A stretch of DNA of 64,000 bases from Felis catus (Eukaryota), in NCBI RefSeq assembly GCF_018350175.1, contig NC_058381.1:54064001-54128000 (forward strand). The letters are read 5' to 3'. How positions within the stretch are numbered: the first letter of the stretch is position 1; each line of letters begins with the position of its first letter. The notes beneath the pieces were generated by a model. It worked only from the letters and a program-made list of their open reading frames with translations, searched no databases and had not been told where the DNA came from. The translations under genes and the position numbers were made by a program. Shown here one piece after another: positions 12,801 to 24,800 of this stretch.

Positions 12801-15800
12801 TTCTTGCAGGCACTACCGGGTGTCAGGGTTGAAGATGAGGGCGGAGAGATGGGCACTTTGCAGGTGCAGACTGCCTGGCTCACCCAGAGAGGTGGGGATC
12901 CCCCTGATTTCGGGGGCAGTGAGAAGATGCTGGGGGACACGGCAACAACAGAGAGTGTTCTGCCAGGACACGGAGCACAAACAGGAAAGTGAGCCTGGGC
13001 CTATTCTGAACAACAGCTCAGCCTTTGTGCCCTTGGAAGGCCCGGAGGGCAGAGAGACAAAGGTGGGAGTATCTCCGCTGCAGGCTGCTGGGAACAGGGG
13101 TGTGGCTGGTACCTGACTCCCGGGTCCTGCCCATCACCGTCTGGCTCCAGGGCCCGCTCCCGATGGCGTTGAAGGCCTGGACCTGCACGCGGTACTCTGT
13201 CCACTCCTCCAGGTCTTCGATGGTGTACTCGCGCTCCACGCGGTCCTGGACCACGTGGCTCAGCGTCTTGCCGTGGCCGTCTGCCCGGCTGTACTTGATC
13301 TTGTAGCCTACCGACTCGGGGTTCCCGTTGTATTCCATCTCTGGGAGAGGCTGCGGGAAGGCAGGGCGGCAGAGCTGCTGAGGCCAGGTCCACCCGGGAT
13401 GGCACTCTCTGGCTTGTTCACCCTCTTCTGGGGAGCCCTACGGGATTATCGCGCCCACCGTCCAACCTGTCGGTGCCCATGGGAGGCGCTCTCGCTGGGT
13501 GCGGCTTGGATCGCGTGAGTCTGTGTTTCTGGCGGCTCCCCCCATCTCCCCGTCTCTCTGCTCCAAGCTCTAAGGATGCACCAGCAGCCATTCTTGTGCG
13601 CATGGGAAACTTGCTACCCCGCCAAGGGAGTCGGATGGAGAGCAGACCCACACAGGCTGCCTGTCCAACACGCTGATGAGCACAGCACCTCTGGCCTTGG
13701 CTGTCTTTATCACTTAACTCCCTCGCTTAGGCTGCCAACATGCACTTCTTTAATTGCCTATAACATGCCTGGTCTCAGCTCATGCCCGCCCTTGGAGAAG
13801 CCAGCGTGGGGGGACAGCATCTCGAGCGTGGATGGGACACCAGTTTCTGTCAAGTCCTTCCTTTGGCAAACTTCAGTTTCTCCTGCTGCATTTTCAGCCT
13901 CCTCCTTCTGTTTTCAGTTTCAGCCAAGAGAAAAGACGGATTCCTTTCCTAGGCTGTGGGGCTGTGGCTGCTGGCTCAAGGTCATTTGGAGCAACTTGGG
14001 CGGTGTTGAGAAGCTGGGGAGGTGTGTGCAGGTTGGCGGGGGTGCACTGTGGTCTGCGGACTCGGCCTTCAGATTCTCTCTGGAGGTGGCAGAGCTGGGG
14101 CCCGGGTGCCCTCAGGCCCTCACCTCCCTGCCATTCTGCTTCCCCAGGGGCTCCGAAGAGCCCACGGCCCACAGGCTGCCCACATTCTGACCCACTTCCT
14201 CCCGTTCCTCGGCGTCTGCCTCACTCCCTACATTCTCACTGCCTCTTGCCAGGCCCTGCCCCTACAGACACTTAGGGAAGCCGACCAGAGACCATTAAGA
14301 CAGCAATCGATGGGCCTAGAGCTCACGCTTCCTTACCTGCCAGGGAAAGGTAACGGGCCGTGCACCATTAAGAGGGTCTGGAGGTGCCTGGGGCCCCGCA
14401 CGGTACAGCAATTGCCTTTTCATTCCTCCTCCAGACCCCCTGGGCATCAGACTCTATAGTCTTTTAGTGTTTGGAAACCTTAAGAAGAGCTGCAGGAGGG
14501 GGGCAGGGAGCCAGGCCGGAGGGGGGCCCAGGAAGGGAGGGGGTGGGCAAACAGTAATAGGGGCTTCACGTGCTTGGGGGGGGGGGTCTGCCCGTGGCAC
14601 GCGGGGCCACTGAACTGGATGGAAAGATCGCTCTGTTCGGCGCCGGCTCCCTGGGAGGGGAATCATAATTAATAACTAATGTTGGTCCAGGACTGATGGT
14701 GCCATGAGTTCCTTTTATCCGGCGTCCACCTAAGCGAAAGGGAGTAACGGCTTTCTAGTAAATCCCACAGCATGGGGGTTTGCAAAGCTGTGTTTTGCGC
14801 AAGTGGTGAGAGATCTCACGTGGAAATAAGACAGAGTTATGTGGCCAGGCTGGCTGGTGATGCGGGCTCAGGCAGGTTCTTCCCAGTGCTCCCTAAGGAG
14901 AGGAGCCGGGCCGTGTGGGTGCTGTTCCCCACGTTTGCTGGTCTCAGAATTCTTGTATGGTCCTAGAACCTCCTGGTTTGCTGCTCTGTGGGGGCAGCGG
15001 TCGGAAAAACGCTGTCCTGGAGGAAAGGCATCGGGGAGAAATGTCCTCTCCTAATCTCCGGAAGATGGGACGGCCGTGTGTTCAGTGGTGAGGGCTGTGG
15101 ATTCTGGGGGCCAGGCTCCCCGGGTTGGGAATCTGAGCCCTGCTCTTAACTACAGGATGTGGGAGGACGTGTGTGTGGGAGGGTACTTGGGTCAGTTATT
15201 TGACTTCTCTCTGCCTCAGTTTCCTCATCTGTAACGTAGGGGCCAGGATCGCTCTGCTGTCACAAGTCCGTGGAGAGGGTTCTGGGTTTGACTTTGAGTA
15301 AAGCACTCAGAACAGTGCCGGCAGGAGAGAAAGCCCTCAGCATGTTCGGATTATTACCTTGAGTAGGGTCACCTGGGGTAATGACCCTTCACAGGTAACC
15401 CTGACCTGTGGGGATGGTCTCCCTCACCTGCCCCTCGACCTCAGAAGCAACCCTTCACTCTCGAACTCCGTGCAGACGGGACAACTTACATTTGATCCTC
15501 AGACCCACCACTTGGGAGATGTGTGGCCCCGGCGAGTTCCTAACCTCTCTGAGCCTCGGTTTTCTTAGCTGTGAATGTCAATAGTAATGTGTCTTTCACA
15601 GGATTACTGGGAGGATTAAATGGAAGGAAACAGGTAAAATGCTTGTCACCTGGTGACACAGTGTTTTCTAGCTCCTTCTCACATAGGGGATTTGTTCATT
15701 TGGCTAAGACTGATGATTGGGCACCTTACCAGAACTAGGTGCAAAGAAAAGAGAAGGGGACTCTGGGTATTCTGGTGGACACCCCCCGCCCCACCTTTGA

Positions 15801-18800
15801 TGTGACCTAGGGGCAATGACTTTTGCAGGATGACAAGGACCAAGGAGTCATCTCATCCTCACTGCCCTTGGGGGAGCCTCACCATCCAGCGGAGCCACAG
15901 GCTGGTCTCACTGGCTGTGCGCAGGGTCACGTTGGCAGGCGCCATGTCAGGGGGTGCCTGGAGGGTCTGGATCTTTCTAGAAGGCTGGCTGGGTGGGCTA
16001 GTGCCCACGATGTTCACCTGGCGCATTCGGAAGCTGCGGTGGGGGGTGGGGAGTGAGCCAGATGATGAGAGCAGGACCTCAGGGCCAAAGCCCGTCCCGG
16101 TCTGGGCAGTTTCCGCCCCTGCTCCCCTCCCCCAACACCGCGTCCTGCCCTGGTACCTGTAGTAGGTGAAGGGGTTGAGCTCGGGCACCTCCATGGAGCG
16201 GGCGTCGGGCTCGTTGGTGAGCTGGTGAACCAGCAGCCACTCCTCTCCCTCCCCAACCACGCCTACCTGGAAAAGGAAGACACTCTTAGACCTGCCCAGC
16301 CTGTGGGGCTGGGATGTTCGGTGCCCTGCTTTCTAAGAGGTCAAGCCCTGCCTGCAGAAGGTCTGGAGGGGTGCCAAGTGGGGTCACCATCTTTCCAGGC
16401 CCTTAAACATGACTTCAGGTGTGACCCCCCCCCCCCCCCCGCAAGCCATCTTGCATCAGAATACGGTGAAATGCTTACTAGAAACCCCCCACGCCAACAG
16501 CCTGGCCCTGGACCCAGCCCATCAGAATCCCTTGGGCTGTTACCCAGGAATATGTGTGTTTAACGAGCTCACCAGGTGATTCTGCTGTGCACCCTAAAAC
16601 CCCAGCTAACTGAGAATCAGAATTTTCTGGGGGTGCGGTGCAGGTGCTGGAGCTTATAAATGCGGCCCGGGGGCAGCCAGAGCGGAGGCTCAACCACTTA
16701 CGGTTATGTGTGTGTATGGCGGTCAGGGGAAATGGGGGTGGTACGGGGGACTGTGGGTACTTCTGGTGTGTTGGGCCGTCTGACAGTGGCATATGGAGAT
16801 GCACCCGGATGTAAATACGCGTATGAGTGGCACTAAGAGCACGGGCGGGCCCAAGGCCAGGGAGCCGGCTGCCTGGGCTGCAGGTTCCCCCACGGCAGGT
16901 TTTACCTGGGCCTCTACCAGCCAGCGGGAGATGGAGGTTTTGCCATCATAGCCTGGCCTGAACTGCAAGGTCACGGAGCGGGGGCCGATGTTGGAAATGC
17001 CCAGGTTGGTGGGGGCCCCTGGGAGTTCTGGAAAACAGGGAAGGCAAGGAGATCAGGTGAGGAGAAGGTCCTTCCACACGGAACGGGAGGAAGGGGCGGG
17101 GGTGGGAGGGCAGGGGAGGGGCCGTGTGCCACCCTTTCTCTAGAAACCTCCTAGGAAGAGCAGGGCTGAGGCTGCAGCTCTCCAACAGCCTTCTTCCTGC
17201 ATTGCAGGCTCTGTGTCCAGACCAGGGGCCCGACACAGCGTTGGGGGCTGGGAGGGTCTCTCAGGGCCACGGGGCCACGGGGAGGCTGACCGGGCTAGGA
17301 AACGCGAGCTGGGCATGCGAAGGCTTCCAGAAAGAATCCTCCTCTCCGTCCACACACAACCCATTTCAGCCCTCCCAAACCCAACTGAGGCTGAAGAAGA
17401 CAAGAAGGAGGGGTGGGCACAGGAGGCAGGCAGCCCCTATTTTCTGACCAGAAGCCTTGGGATTCAGGACGAACAGAAAGAGTACGGATTCCGGAATCCA
17501 ACTTCACTGCTTCCACGCTGGGTGTCTTTGGGGAAGTCACCTAACCTTTCTGTGCCAGTTTCCTCCTCAGTCAAATGGCGATGATGATGATAATATCATC
17601 TGCCTCAGGGGCGTTGTGAGGACTGAAATGAATTGATGTATATACAGCACTTAGCTCCGGGCATAACTATTTCTCAGGATTATGGTTATTGTCAGTTGGG
17701 GTTGACCGAGTCAGCTCGTTTATCCCAACCATTTCTTGGGGCAGGTTGAGGGACTCTGACCAGGTGTCATAAGCATAACTTACAGATCCAGCCAGGACCA
17801 TGCGGTTCTCCAGTCCATCTCCCATAGATACAGATGGGGAAACTGAGGCACAGAGGGGCCACTTGACTTGCCCAAGGTCGCAGACAGCTTGGCAGGGGCA
17901 GGGCTGAGAGCAGATCTCAGCTTGTTCTGTACAAGCTGCTTAAGATTATTCCCACCTAGGGGCGCCTGGGGGGCTCAGTCGGTTCAGCGGCCGACTTCGG
18001 CTCAGGTCATGATCTCATGGTTTGTGAGTTCGAGCCCCATGTCGGGCTCTGTGCTGACAGCTTGGAACCTGGAGCCTGCTTCCGATTCTGTGTCTCCCTC
18101 TCTCTCTGCCCTTCCCTCTCTCTCTCAAAAATAAATAAATTAAAAAAAACCTTAAAAATTATTCCCACCTGATTCTACCCCTTTCCCAACCAACACTTCC
18201 ACTGGTTGGAATCCCATTTGGACTTTCTGGGGGACAGTGAGACTTCTTCCCCTGAATCAGAGATACCATGGCTTGATTCCACACTGCCCCCCTGGTGTGT
18301 GGGGGGGGCGGCAGATGAGACAGGGATGGGGTCCTCTGGTGGACTATGCCTTTCTGAGAGCTGTGGAAGGAAGCAGTGAGCCCACAGAGCCTCCATCCAG
18401 AGACCTGGAGCCATGAGAAGTAAGCCCGCTCTGGGGGGGAAAGCCAAGGGGCCGTGGACCCAAGGCAGGGAGAGCTCTGTGGGAAGAAAGCCAGTTTTCC
18501 TGAGAAAAAGGGAAGCCTCTTGGTTAGGAGAACCCCAAGAGGCCAGGAGCCCCTGAGAGGGGGCACCCACCTGGAGGCACCCCGGAAGAGATGGTTGACG
18601 CAGACACTTGGCCCTGGCCCTTGGCGGTCATGGCGGCCACCTCGATGGTGTAGGTGGTGAGCGCAGTGAGGCCCGTGACGCGGTACTCCAGGGTCACGTT
18701 GGGTAGATAGTGGGTCACTCGGGTGTTGGTCCGGTTATACTCCTCCCAGGAGATCCGGTACCCTGGGGAGAGCCCCGAGTGGTGGCATGAGCTTGGCTGT

Positions 18801-21800
18801 GACCCCAAGCTGGCTTTGGCCCTCTTCCTCTGCTTCTCCCTTCTTCACTAGTGTGGCAGTTAGACGTGCGTTGATAGCAATGGGGCCGAGGGAGCTGGGG
18901 ACATCGTGCTTGGGGCCCCAGGTGTAACCTCTGTGGAATGCCTCTGTTGGGTGGGGACTGTGGGAGGGGGTGAGCTGGGTTGACCTGGGCGCCGATGGGC
19001 TGAGAGCCTCCTCTGAATACTTTCTAAGAAAGACTGGTCTGCTGGGAGGTTTTGGACGAGCACTGGTCAAAGGCGGGGGGATGGATTAGATGGCCCTGTC
19101 TCACCCCCTGGTTCAGTAACACCGAGATACCTACCTGTGAGGATGCCATTCTTCTCTCCTGGCTCTTGCCAGCTGACCTTCAGCGAGGTGTCTAGGATTT
19201 CACTGAAGCTCAGGTGTCCCACAGGTCCAGGCACTGTACCCCAAAAGGACCCCCACCCCACCCAATGCCAATCAGATCCAGAGAGAGGCCACTGTCTTCA
19301 AGACGGCCAGTGGTGCTCCAGGGGCACCCCAGGATGGGAAACAAGGGCGGGATCCCCCTGTGCCTGGAGCGCTCAGCCTGGCTCTTGGGTAGGGGAGTGG
19401 TAGGGGGCAGGGACCGCAGGGGTTGGGCGGTGCCTACCGTCCTCATGGGTGCGCACCAGCTGCGGGGTGCTCCGAGGCCCATCTCCGGGAGTGGTGAAAC
19501 ACAGCACAGAGGTGAAGTACTCGGTGAACTTCTTCAGGCCAGACACGAAGCCCACGTGGATGCTGTCTTGAAAGTTGGGCCGGGCAGTCACCATGGTAAC
19601 CTCTTCTTCCTGCTCAGGCTCCCAGGCAATCAGCTGGGGAGAGGCCGGCAATTCAGGCAGGGCAGCAAGAACGTTCCAGAAGAGGCCGAGCACTCTCCCA
19701 CAGTCTGGGCCAATGGACAGAGAGAGTCTAGGAGCCCAGCTCCCTAGGGTCCCTCCTCCCAGGGAAGGGGTGGCCATGCAGCCACCCACAGGCCACGAGC
19801 ATCTGTCCCTCTGGGGGTTTGCTTTGGGGCACCGTTCTTTCACTGAGCGAACTTGCTCTCCACGAGCGGTCTCTCACGAGGGAGGTCTTTACCAGATCAG
19901 CTACAGAACTTGCAGGTTCAGCGCAAAGTGAAAAGGGAGGGTCCCCTCGTTGAACAAGTTTTAAGAAATGCAAGGTGAAGGGGGGTCCCTCTGAGCGTGG
20001 AGCCCGCCCTGTGTGTTACGGATGAGCTCAGAGAGGCTCGGTGACTCCCACTATACCACACTGCCAGTGGGGAGCTCAAGGGCTCTGATTCCAATACCGA
20101 GGCTCCTATGGCTTTCTCCCTCTGGGCCGGGCAGGGTCTCCCTTGGGGTCCCCCCGCCACCCAGAGCTGCCTCCTCAGCTACCCCTTTCCTCTAGTTCCA
20201 AGTTGGGATTTCAGTCGGAGGGACTGGAGGTGCCTCAGTCGGAGGGATTGGAGGGACTCCACGACCTGGAGGTGGAGCTTCCGCGAGAAAACCCCGTCTG
20301 GGGTCGTGAACCCACGACCTGGAGGTTCAGCCTGGCTTCCTGTCTGCCCTCCCTCTGCACACCCCGCCTGGAACGGACGTGCCTCCTGCCTCCCCTTCCT
20401 TCTCTTCTTGCTTCTTGAACTGTCCCCTCACACGCCTGGTTTCTGGGCCCTTCATCGGTCTCCAGCAATGACAGCTGGTCTCAGAGAGTTCCTCGGGTAT
20501 TTGAAGTTGATTAACTAGCAATTAATGGTGAAAAGCAATACTTGATGAGTTTTAATAAGCACCGGTATTTATAGATATAAAACAATACCACACTGATGTC
20601 TCCTGATTAACTCGCCCCTATGACAATGCTTCATCTCCTTTCTGTGGCCGCGTGTTTATAAAGGATGTTTTGAAATTTAATTGGTATTGTGAAAAGATAG
20701 CCGATAGCAAGTTAATTAGACACTAATTAGACCCTAAAAATACTAATCAGAAATACTAAGTGGCATTTAATAAGTATGTTAAATATCCTCCTTATTGCGG
20801 TTATCTTGTTTCATAGCGATTAAATTGCCGAACTTCTTTGGAGTAGATTAAGAAACAAGTTTAATGTTTTAATTTAATTTAATTAATGTAAATTTGAATT
20901 AATTACGCCATTAGAATTAATTGTGTGGTGTGTTCCACAGCAAGTGCAAAATCTGGGTAAATATTATTTTATTGGGTTCAGGCCAATTATAGTCACGGCC
21001 GTTATTTCCGGAAGAAAGGACAAAGAATCTCTTTATAGGTGCCTTAAAACAGTATCACTGGGAACCGTCTTCAAAAATGACCCAGAAGCGCCCAGGGTGA
21101 CGGCTGGGTGGTTTTCTGAGCGATTTCACCATCTTATGGTTCCAGGCCCGAAGCCCAAGATGGCGGCAGGACCAAGGCTGCTTCGGAATATTTACTCTGC
21201 GATGCGAGTCGCCAGTCGTTTAGCTGCGTCTGAAGAGGAGGAGGCTGGGGGTCAGGAGCCTTCTCCCTCAGGCCAGCAGGACAACAGCTGCCTTCTGCAC
21301 CTCCTATTCCCTGAAAGGAGGTGGGCTCTGGGCAGCCCCGGGTGGAGCTCTGCTAGGAGTTCCTACTCTGCACCTGGCCTTGGGGTGAGCCCATCCCCCA
21401 CCAGTCCCATTGCATCATCGCAGCAAGGACTGGACGGGAATCACAACCCTGTGCTGTTGCAGAAAGGGAACCGAGGACCATGAAGGTTGGGCCTGGTCGG
21501 TGCGCATGGACCGGCCAGGGGCTGGCTTCAGATTTGTGGGCCTCCCACCCCTAGACCCAGGATGGAGGCCTGTCTCTCAAAGGTCCACACAGCTGTTAGG
21601 TGAGCGTCGGGGTGTCTGCGGGTCTGCTCTCGTTAGCCAGGGTCGGTGTTGATTTACTCTATCAGGCCGTTGGGCTCAGAGTCCGACAGACCGGGCTGTC
21701 CTCAGCATGGGTGGGGGGGTACGGGAGCCTGCGTGCTGGGGGAAAAGCACCTGATCTACGTTCCTGGGACAGGCAGCGCCCCCTTGGAGAGTGGAAGCCC

Positions 21801-24800
21801 TGTCATTGAAGGGTGCTGGTGTCGGAGGCGTGTGTTTACGTGTGGGGAGCAGAAAGTGCATCCAAAGCAGGGAGGAAGAAAAGCAGAACCCAGCGCTGTC
21901 ACTTACTGTGTGACCCTGGGAAAGTCTCGCAACCTCTCCGAGCCTCAGGCTATTACAGGGAGCAGTGATAGCTGCCTTGCCGGCTTCCAGGAGGAGGGAT
22001 GAAGTGAGTCCGTGTGCTACGGGGCTCCGAGAGCAGGATGCTATCACATGGCCTGCTAGCTTCCTGGAGCTAGCGAAAAAGTAGAGAGATTCTCTTTCCC
22101 TCTCCTTTTGTCTTTCCTTCTCTCTCTCTCTCTCTCTCTCTGCATGTGCATGGGTTCGCACAGAACGTTCTGGAAGGATTCGTAGGAAATTAACAACAGC
22201 GTTTGCCAGGAGTGGGGAGAGTTTTGGGGGTGGGACAGAAGCAGGCGTATGAAGAGCCGGAACTGGATGCAGGATTTCTGCTACACATCTATCTTTTTAC
22301 TTTTGAATCACGTAAATATACTTCCTGTTTAAGAAATTAAATTCAAAAATTAAAAAAAATAATGGAAGGATGTGGGCAAGAGGGGCAAAATTATATGTAC
22401 GCTTATCCTTTGGTCCAGCAACCTCCTTTCTATGAATCTATTCCAAAGTTAAACGTGAAAAATATGAAAAGATATATAGGCACAGAGCTATTTCACTGCA
22501 GAAATGTTTATTATAGTAAAAGACCGGAAACAATCCAAATGTCATCCCTGAGGGGCTGGTTGACAAAACTATGGGAAAGCCACTTGATGGAGTCCAATAC
22601 AGATGTCAAAAAGGGAACCAGGAATCTCTCTACTCCTGTGAAGTGATCCCTAGGGTATACTGTAAATGAAGAAGCAGGATGGAATGAAGTGTGTAGAGAA
22701 CACTGCCATTTATCTAGGAAGGAGAGGATACACATTTATATATGTATGCATTTGTTTATGTTAAAGAAACGAGGGGCTCCTGGGTGGCTCAGTCAGTGAA
22801 GCATCCGACTCTTGGCATCAGCTCAGGTCATGATCTCACAGTCGTGGGATCGAGCCCCATGGCAGGCTCTGCGCTGAGCGGAGCCTGCTTGGGAGTCTCT
22901 GTCTCCCTGTCTCTCTGCCTATCCCCCACTCACTCTCTCTCAAAATAAACAAATAAACTTAAAAAAAAAAAAAGAAATGAAAAGAAAAACCGAAACAAGC
23001 AAGCAAAAAGAAATCAAACCTATGGGGAAGGAAAGGACCAGAATTCAGGCTGACTTTCTCTGAATTTACTTTGTAGATTTAACGCCGGAACCATGTAAAT
23101 ATGTTCCATAGTTACAGAACGAAATTAAATTAAAAAATCTATCCCTAAAAATCAAAACCGAAATGAAACAAACGAAGCTAATGATGTATTGAGCTGTAGC
23201 GAAATTACACAGAGAGAAACTATTTCCAGAGATTTTGTAGCACAGCCATGTGAAGTACATCCCTAGCGGGATATACCCTAGGAAGGGAAAGCACTGCAAA
23301 TAATCGGACACTATTTTGGACACTCTTTCGGTAGTCACTGCGGTGGTATTACTGTTCTGAAAGTGTTGTGGGTGTTTCTGGGGTAAAGTAGACAGGTACT
23401 TATGCTGGTGTTGTAGGTACTGGATTTTCAGTGTGGAGCAAAGAGAGACAAAGGCCAATAAGATTACTAAAGATCTTATAGCCCTGAAATTGAGTTGGAA
23501 GTATCAGTATGTGTTTCATCAGGAGAAGGAGGAACAGGGGGGTAAGAAGAAGAGGAAGAAGAAGAAGGAGAGGGAGGGGGGAGGAGGGGGGGGGGAAGAA
23601 AAAGCATTATTTCCAAGCTGTCCATTAACGGAGCCTGAAAATGGCATCCAGTGCTAGAACAAGGAGCACCCCTGATGCCCAGATTTTGGTATCTAACTAT
23701 CATTTCCTCCTGGAAAGGACAAGGTTCTCTGAAGATGTGGCTGATCCCAGGGACAGTGCAGGAATTGGGGACAGCTTGGACCAACCATCCTGTCAGACTG
23801 CAAGGAAGCTATCGGACTGTCGGGGCCCTGTCAAAAGAACTCCCCAACCAAAGAGGCCGACGATGGGTCAATGTGGCATCATCACAAATAATAATGGCAG
23901 TGGGTTGAAACATACCAGATGTGTTAAAAATCCTTAAGTACATAGTGATATACCAAAAACGAGACAAAAAGATGCCCCCCTCCCATCCCATGCCCCCCCC
24001 TTTCTAAAGTGACTCATCTGTCACTTTAGAAAATGCTAAGGAATCACATTCATTTTCCCAAAAACTGGTTAAGTGATGGGAGAGGACTAAACTTTTACCA
24101 TGCTTTCCCTAGATGAACTGAACCTTCGGGTAACCAAAAAGTTGGTAAGGGGAAACTTCTTTTTACTGGAAAGGGTTTCAGCTAATAAATCAAGGAGAAA
24201 TTATGATATTTGACTGTCCCCACTTTGCAACCCTACCGAAATAATAATAGATCACACAGGGTGATCAATGGTCACCACCCAATAGTAAGAGAGACAGCCA
24301 GACTTTATGCCTTCTGATGTAAATGCACAACACCATCTAGAAGGTAATATTTGGAAAAAACAAAACAAAACAAATCATCAAACCTTGAATCTGATCAAGC
24401 CTCTAGTTCTAAGTTCCAATTTACTGCAAATATAGTGTTCAGAGGAATGTGTTAAATGACCCCACAGAGAGGCAATCAGCAAAATCCAGGCTGTGGAAAA
24501 TTCGATAGGGCAAATGATTAAGTTTCTTTACTAAATAAATTACAAGAGAAAGAGAGAGAGAAAGGAGAGACAGAATCTATAGATCAGCTGAGACCTAAAA
24601 AAACCGGACCAATTGCGGTCATGTGGACCTCATTTGGACCCTGAAGCAAATAAACCACCTAGTAAAAGAAATGATGTGGTGATCAGGGAAATGTGAACGC
24701 TGACCGAATATCTGACGATAGCAAGGGGGCTTGATATTTTTAGGCACAATGATGACAGTGTGGTTACTGTGGTTGTGTTTTGAACAGAGGCTTTATGCTA

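Noticed and set aside
20205-20330. Short direct repeats cagtcggaggga(c/t)tggagg x2 and ccacgacctggaggt x2
   Set aside because: Small local slippage duplications with no regular spacers; not CRISPR-like or coding.
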